A stretch of 32,000 nt of DNA from Candidatus Harpocratesius repetitus (lineage in GTDB: Archaea; Asgardarchaeota; Lokiarchaeia; Sigyniarchaeales; Promethearchaeaceae), in assembly GCA_021498095.1 (NCBI GenBank), contig JAIZWK010000001.1, positions 990,001-1,022,000 of the forward strand, in the 5' to 3' direction. Under the pieces are notes generated by a model. That model made no database searches, had not been told where the DNA came from, and saw only the letters and a program-made list of their open reading frames with translations. Both the position numbers and the translations under genes were made by a program. Position 1 is the first letter of the stretch, and each line of letters starts with the position of its first letter. This document shows positions 26,787-32,000 of the stretch, in pieces.

Positions 26787-27605
26787 TCAAAAAAAATCGG
26801 TTAAATTCTTTTGTAGCTCAAAGGTTTTCCACGATAAATTCATTTGTGCTTTAAAATAATTAACATCTGCAGGACTGAATCCCCGAAAATGATTATTAAA
26901 AATAACAAAGATATCGGTTATTGAAGGTAGGGAAGCCATTTCTTTAACTTTCAAAATGAGGTTATTAAAAACTTCAGTTTTTTTTCTTTGAATTCGGTTG
27001 AATTTTGTTATTTGACGATCTCCGATCAATCGAATATAATACTTAGTTTGATTTGGAGGGTAAATCATATCAATTCCTTCACGAAGGCTGCTTGCAATTA
27101 TCCAATTTGGTAGATTATCAAAAATTTCATAAATTTCAGAGTTGAACCATGAAATATGGCGAAATTCAACTGCAAATTCGAAATGAGGAAAATTTTTCTG
27201 TAAATACATCAACTTTTTCCTGTGTGGTGGATTATTTTGAAAGGAAGGAGGAAATTGAAGGAGAAAAATTGAAATTTTTTGTCTTATCGGGAAAAATGCA
27301 TTAAAAAACAAGGAAATGTCGCGATCTATAGTGTTGTAGTTAAAAGAATGTGTGAATTTTTGATTCATTTTTACAGTAAACTGAAAATTAGAAGGAGTAT
27401 CTTGATTCCAGCGATTAACTAACTCTTTAGTAGGAATATAATAAAAACTTGTATTTATTTCTACTGTATCAAAATATTTTGCATAGTAATTGAGAAAATT
27501 TGCTGAATCGAGTTTTTTAGGATAAAAATTTCCTTTCCAGTCTGAATAACTCCATCCTGCGCATCCCACATGAAATTTTGATTTATGAATTTCAAACCTT
27601 TCCAT
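26787..27605 (-). CDS. DUF72 (YecE-like) family protein
   Basis: GCAGWSYSDWKGNFYP, YAKYFDTVEINTSFY, LLQFPPSF, AVEFRH, FNNH. Confidence 0.92.
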   Translation of the reverse strand: MERFEIHKSKFHVGCAGWSYSDWKGNFYPKKLDSANFLNYYAKYFDTVEINTSFYYIPTKELVNRWNQDTPSNFQFTVKMNQKFTHSFNYNTIDRDISLFFNAFFPIRQKISIFLLQFPPSFQNNPPHRKKLMYLQKNFPHFEFAVEFRHISWFNSEIYEIFDNLPNWIIASSLREGIDMIYPPNQTKYYIRLIGDRQITKFNRIQRKKTEVFNNLILKVKEMASLPSITDIFVIFNNHFRGFSPADVNYFKAQMNLSWKTFELQKNLTDFF

Positions 27606-27620
27606 TTTAAATACTTATAA

Positions 27621-27950
27621 TTATTTTTTTTTCCTTATTATCTTGATATAAAGTTGTTTCTGAATTGGTTGATCAAAATCCCAATAAATTTTTATTTCAC
27701 ACTTTTCTGGATATGAAAAAAGCGGATTCTTATTTTGAAATGTTGGAATAGAGATTTCTGAAGGAATTTTTTCAATGTATTGATCTATACTGCTTAATGT
27801 TGCCCGTTCTATCATTTCGATATTAATAATTTCATGATATCCAAAACAATCATGTTGAATAATTGGGTAAACATACAGCATTGGATCTTTAAAGGATGCA
27901 GATAGTTTTTGAAAATCGGGATAAATTTCTGGATTCATAAATATTTTCAT
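27621..27950 (-). CDS. Hypothetical protein
   Basis: 109-aa ORF ending 15 nt upstream of the DUF72 gene on the same strand. Confidence 0.55.
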   Translation of the reverse strand: MKIFMNPEIYPDFQKLSASFKDPMLYVYPIIQHDCFGYHEIINIEMIERATLSSIDQYIEKIPSEISIPTFQNKNPLFSYPEKCEIKIYWDFDQPIQKQLYIKIIRKKK

Positions 27951-28044
27951 ATGTAATAATCATAATTCTTGAGAGTAAAAGAATCGCTATTACAATTTGA
28001 AAGAATGTACTTTTTATTATAAAATTAGTATACAAGCGAATTAA

Positions 28045-28359
28045 TTACAAATTTTTTATATATTCCGTTAATTGTTCCCATGGCTCTTCAATTCGTGGAG
28101 TAGGGGCATTTGGAATTGAGTGGGTCTGATCTAATTTTCGACCTGTTTGGTAGTAATGATAATCTACAATAAGAAGAAAGTACTGGTTGGATTGTTCAGA
28201 AAAATCAATTGCAAATCTTATTAATTCTAAAGCAATCTGCTTATTGCCTTTTTTAAATGCAAACCTCGCTGCATATCGAAGGGTTGAAATTAATGAATTT
28301 TTTGATTTTAGTTTTATTGCTTGTTCCAAGCTTTTTTTAATTTGTGGGTCAAATTGCAT
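28045..28359 (-). CDS. Hypothetical helical protein
   Basis: 104-aa ATG ORF with a helical-hairpin-like pattern (YAARFAFKKGNKQIALELI). Confidence 0.55.
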   Translation of the reverse strand: MQFDPQIKKSLEQAIKLKSKNSLISTLRYAARFAFKKGNKQIALELIRFAIDFSEQSNQYFLLIVDYHYYQTGRKLDQTHSIPNAPTPRIEEPWEQLTEYIKNL

Positions 28360-28469
28360 TGATGAAATGTAAAATCAAAGATCTAAAAAGTCTTTTGAAC
28401 CTAAAAAAAATGAAAAGAAAAAACAATAATTCGAATAATTTAAAGTAGAAGAGGAAATTGTAAATAAAT

Positions 28470-29600
28470 ATGAAAAAATGGATTAAAGTCATGCTTATAA
28501 TCTTACCTATTTTGATTAGTTCTGGGCTTTCTGTTTATTATTATTATGAAATCTCGAAACCTTGGTATGTTTTGGATAATATAAATAAAATCGAGGGTGT
28601 ATTTGAAGAATCTAAATTACTAAAACAGGAAGACCATTTATTTGTTGCAACAAATCAAAATGAATTAAGTATATATTCAATGTCTCAAAATAATACTGTT
28701 ATTTTTAAATCAATTGTAAAATTTAATGTTACTTTAAATCAGAAAATTGCAATTATTGACAATTTCATATTTACTGTTGAAAACAATAATTTCTATATCT
28801 ATAATTTTACAAATTACACGAACTATGGACAAGTTGGCAAAAAAAATGCAAGTACTTATATTTATGATTTTGAAATTAATGAAAACATTGCTTATCTTGC
28901 CACTTCTTTTGAATTAATTATCTTAAACATCTCAAATCCCCGTAATATGAGTATTATTTCAACATACACCGAAAATAATCATTTTGCATATGGAAAACAT
29001 AAAATTTCATATTATGATGAATTTTTATATCTCACTGATACATACAGGGGTTTACGAATAATTAATGTATCTAATCCATTTAAACCTCATCAAGTGGCTC
29101 AATATTTTGTTAACTTTTTTTCAAATCCTGAATCCTCAATTTCTGAAATCGCAGTTTCAGAAAAATATGTAATTTTGCTCGATCGTTATAATGGCTTATT
29201 AATATATTCTCGGATTTCACCAGATGTTTTAGAATTTTTAGGATTTACGTACGCATCTTCATCAACAGTCAAAATGGAAATAAAAGGAAATTTTATTTAC
29301 ATTGCTGAAGAAAATAGAGGATTTAGGTTGGTTTCAATTGCAGATCCAAATAATCCTTATACAGAGACGGTAATTAGCAATAACTCATCTTGTTATGGTT
29401 TTGTTTTAGTAGATCAAGATGTTTTTGTATTACAAGAGAATGAAATTGGATTTTATCAATTAGTTCTAGGAGTTGGCCCAAATCCAACCAGAAAAGCTAT
29501 AGCAATTCAAGTTATTACAGGATTCTTACAAGTATTGGCGTACTTAGTTTTAGCGGTTGTGTTATTTATCCTTGTAAAAAGAAGTCGAATTTTACAATAA
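28470..29600 (+). CDS. LVIVD-repeat (beta-propeller) cell-surface protein
   Basis: Repeats YLATSFELIILNISNP, LYLTDTYRGLRIINVSNP and IYIAEENRGFRLVSIADP; TM segments at both termini. Confidence 0.85.
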   Translation: MKKWIKVMLIILPILISSGLSVYYYYEISKPWYVLDNINKIEGVFEESKLLKQEDHLFVATNQNELSIYSMSQNNTVIFKSIVKFNVTLNQKIAIIDNFIFTVENNNFYIYNFTNYTNYGQVGKKNASTYIYDFEINENIAYLATSFELIILNISNPRNMSIISTYTENNHFAYGKHKISYYDEFLYLTDTYRGLRIINVSNPFKPHQVAQYFVNFFSNPESSISEIAVSEKYVILLDRYNGLLIYSRISPDVLEFLGFTYASSSTVKMEIKGNFIYIAEENRGFRLVSIADPNNPYTETVISNNSSCYGFVLVDQDVFVLQENEIGFYQLVLGVGPNPTRKAIAIQVITGFLQVLAYLVLAVVLFILVKRSRILQ

Positions 29601-29852
29601 TTTTTTTAATGTGATCTCGAGATCATTTTATTTTCAACTTTTTTATTAATTCTATTGAAGAAAAATCTATTTAATCCAATCTCACTAATATTTAAATAGA
29701 TAGATATGTATTGATTGGAGAAATAATTTATTAATCGATCAACACCCATCTTTATTTTATTTTCTCTCCATTAATGAAATATATTCAACAGAAATTCCAG
29801 AAATTTCTGAGTTTTACTAGATCTTACTAATTAATAACGAAAGTTGAGCTTT

Positions 29853-32000
29853 ATGATCGCTTCAAAACCCGTTAAAGAAGAAAACTTAAGTGCCGACGAA
29901 CTATTTAAATCGGGAAAAATGCCCGAAATGATGCAACATTGGTATTCTATTCGTAAACAGTATCCCGAACATTTTTTACTAGCATACAGGATGGGTGATT
30001 TCTATGAATTTTTCTATGATGATGCTGTAAAAGTTTCAAAACTGCTTGGGTTAACCCTTACTAAACGGGGAAGCGGACCAAGTCGACATCCACTTGCTGG
30101 CATTCCACATAAAGCTACTCAACATTTTAAAAATTTAGTAAAACAAGGTCAAACGGTTATTATTGTTGAACAATTAGAAGATCCCAAAAAAGCCACAGGA
30201 AAAATCGTGAAAAGGGGTGTTGTACGAATTTTAAGTCCTGGAACCATCGTAGATAATCTTCTTTTAGATAGCGACACTCCCAATTTTATCTGTGCGATTC
30301 ATCGAAGAAAACGAAATTATGGAGTGGCTTTACTCGATCTTTCCAGTGGTGACTTTTACACATCTGAATTTTATGGTAAACTGGCTTCTCGGGTAATGTG
30401 GGCATGGATTAATCGATTTTCACCGGTAGAATGTGTTGTTTCTGATGAACTAGCAGGAGATTTTTCCTTTATGGAAGAATTTAATAAGAATTCTACCATG
30501 ATTCTTAAGCAACATCCTTCTTATCATTTTCTTGAAGAAAATGCTTATGAATTGCTTCGAAAACAATTTCATGTGGAGAATTTAGCTGCGTATGATCTTG
30601 AAGATAAACCACTTTCAATGACCGTTTGCGGCGCCTTACTCTCGTTTGTTCAAGAAACACAAAAAGAAGAAACATTAGCAAATATCTGCCGTGTGAAATA
30701 TTATATCGACACAGATTTTATGTTTATCGATCAAACCAGCCAAAAAAATCTGGAATTAATCAAGAATCAAACAGATGGAGGTACTTATGGAACTATTTTT
30801 GATATTTTGAATCGTACAAAGACTCCTATGGGCACACGTTTATTAAGACAGTGGATTGTTCAACCGTTATTATCGAAAAATGAAATTGATAAAAGACTAG
30901 AAACGGTAGCGTTCTTTCTTTCAAATTATGATCTTTTTCAAGAATTTCGAAGTTATCTTAAGGAGATTGGTGATATCAGTCGGCTCATCTCACGAATTAA
31001 TTATTCAAGCACAGTTAATGCTCGAAATTTGCTAAGTCTTGCTCAAGGTCTTAAGACTATTCAAGAAATCCAAAATCTTCTGTCTTCAGTTGAAAATCCC
31101 GAAATAAAGCGATTAGTATCCAAACTTTCTGATTTTTCTTCGATTATTTCATTGGTTGAATCTTCAATCCATCCGAATCCACCAACAACTATTACTGAAG
31201 GTCAGATAATTCGGGATGGATACAACTCACAAGTTGATGAATACAGAGATATCCTACATAACGGTAAACAATGGGTTATCTCATTTGAAGAAGCTGAAAA
31301 ACGCAAGTTAAATCTTAGTACAGGATTGAAAATTGGATATAATCGCGTATTAGGATATTTTGTTCAAATCACAAATAATGCTCTAAAAGGTATTTCGCTT
31401 CCTCAAGAATATGTTCAACGTCAATCACTTAAATCATGCGTAAGATATGAAACTCCTCGATTAAAGGAAATGGAGATGAAAATTCTCTCTGCAGAAGAAA
31501 ATCTTATGGATTTGGAGTATGAAATATTTCAGCAAACACGTGAACATGTTATTCAATTTACTAAACAGATTCAAGAGAATGCCGAGGTTATCGCAATTTT
31601 AGATGTATTAAGTACTTTTGCAGATGTAGCTTTGACTTACAATTATAATCGCCCCATTCTAACCAACTCAGATAAGATCTTGATTAAACAAGGACGTCAT
31701 CCTGTAATTGAATATGTTAATAAGAAAGAACGCTTTGTTCCCAATGATCTTCTTCTTAATTCCGATTCGGAGCAAATACTAATTATTACGGGCCCAAATT
31801 GGAGTGGAAAATCTACATATCTACGACAAACGGCTTTGATTATAATTCTTGCTCAAATTGGTTGTTATATTCCAGCAGAGGCCGCTGAAATTGGCATTGT
31901 TGACCGTATTTTTACCCGTATTGGTGCATCTGATGATCTCACAAGGGGACAAAGCACCTTTATGTTAGAAATGAATGAAATGGCTCAAATTCTCAATTAT
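29853..32000 (+). CDS. mutS: DNA mismatch repair protein MutS (MutS1), truncated by the window end
   Basis: From ATG 29853: YRMGDFYEFF, LAGIPH, IDQTSQKNLEL, GRHPVIE, ITGPNWSGKSTYLRQ, FTRIGASDDLTRGQSTFM. All the segments checked are in the same frame, through to base 32000. Confidence 0.95.
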   Translation, partial: MIASKPVKEENLSADELFKSGKMPEMMQHWYSIRKQYPEHFLLAYRMGDFYEFFYDDAVKVSKLLGLTLTKRGSGPSRHPLAGIPHKATQHFKNLVKQGQTVIIVEQLEDPKKATGKIVKRGVVRILSPGTIVDNLLLDSDTPNFICAIHRRKRNYGVALLDLSSGDFYTSEFYGKLASRVMWAWINRFSPVECVVSDELAGDFSFMEEFNKNSTMILKQHPSYHFLEENAYELLRKQFHVENLAAYDLEDKPLSMTVCGALLSFVQETQKEETLANICRVKYYIDTDFMFIDQTSQKNLELIKNQTDGGTYGTIFDILNRTKTPMGTRLLRQWIVQPLLSKNEIDKRLETVAFFLSNYDLFQEFRSYLKEIGDISRLISRINYSSTVNARNLLSLAQGLKTIQEIQNLLSSVENPEIKRLVSKLSDFSSIISLVESSIHPNPPTTITEGQIIRDGYNSQVDEYRDILHNGKQWVISFEEAEKRKLNLSTGLKIGYNRVLGYFVQITNNALKGISLPQEYVQRQSLKSCVRYETPRLKEMEMKILSAEENLMDLEYEIFQQTREHVIQFTKQIQENAEVIAILDVLSTFADVALTYNYNRPILTNSDKILIKQGRHPVIEYVNKKERFVPNDLLLNSDSEQILIITGPNWSGKSTYLRQTALIIILAQIGCYIPAEAAEIGIVDRIFTRIGASDDLTRGQSTFMLEMNEMAQILNY

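Noticed and set aside
2070-28372. Short antisense or nested track ORFs (2070, 3943, 4086, 4311, 5022, 8752, 10914, 11979, 13151, 13658, 14164, 16419, 23340, 24762, 28187)
   Set aside because: Each overlaps a longer gene with clear motifs on the opposite strand and shows no motif of its own.

Overview
AT-rich archaeal DNA (pan gene, GGTGA-type RBS, LVIVD/DUF4332/DUF3795 genes). An Asgard/Lokiarchaeia-like origin is plausible, but this is inference only. The first ~9 kb looks like a defence/mobile island, almost all on the minus strand. It holds (i) a translationally coupled ABC-type ATPase (AAA_15/AAA_21 with DUF3696-like tail) plus a partner with a degenerate PIN-like domain and a PD-(D/E)XK nuclease, (ii) a wHTH regulator, (iii) an intact IS4-superfamily element with 17-bp TIRs and an 8-bp TSD, and (iv) a HEAT-like helical ORF and a second PD-(D/E)XK nuclease ORF that fuse with a -1 shift in an A9 tract. 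The middle carries pan, an ArsB/SLC13-type permease, and a decayed second IS copy abutting an MNT nucleotidyltransferase pseudogene that the ORF track misses. It also carries the 5' part of a group II intron (GTGCG start, dense hairpins, broken RT N-terminus), also missed by the ORF track. The right half is mostly ordinary: FtsX/LolD-type ABC transporter, DHH phosphoesterase, DUF362 Fe-S protein, CoA-transferase-GNAT fusion, DUF72, LVIVD-repeat surface protein, and mutS running off the window end. No rRNA, tRNA or CRISPR array was seen. All family assignments are by-eye motif recognition; no searches were run.
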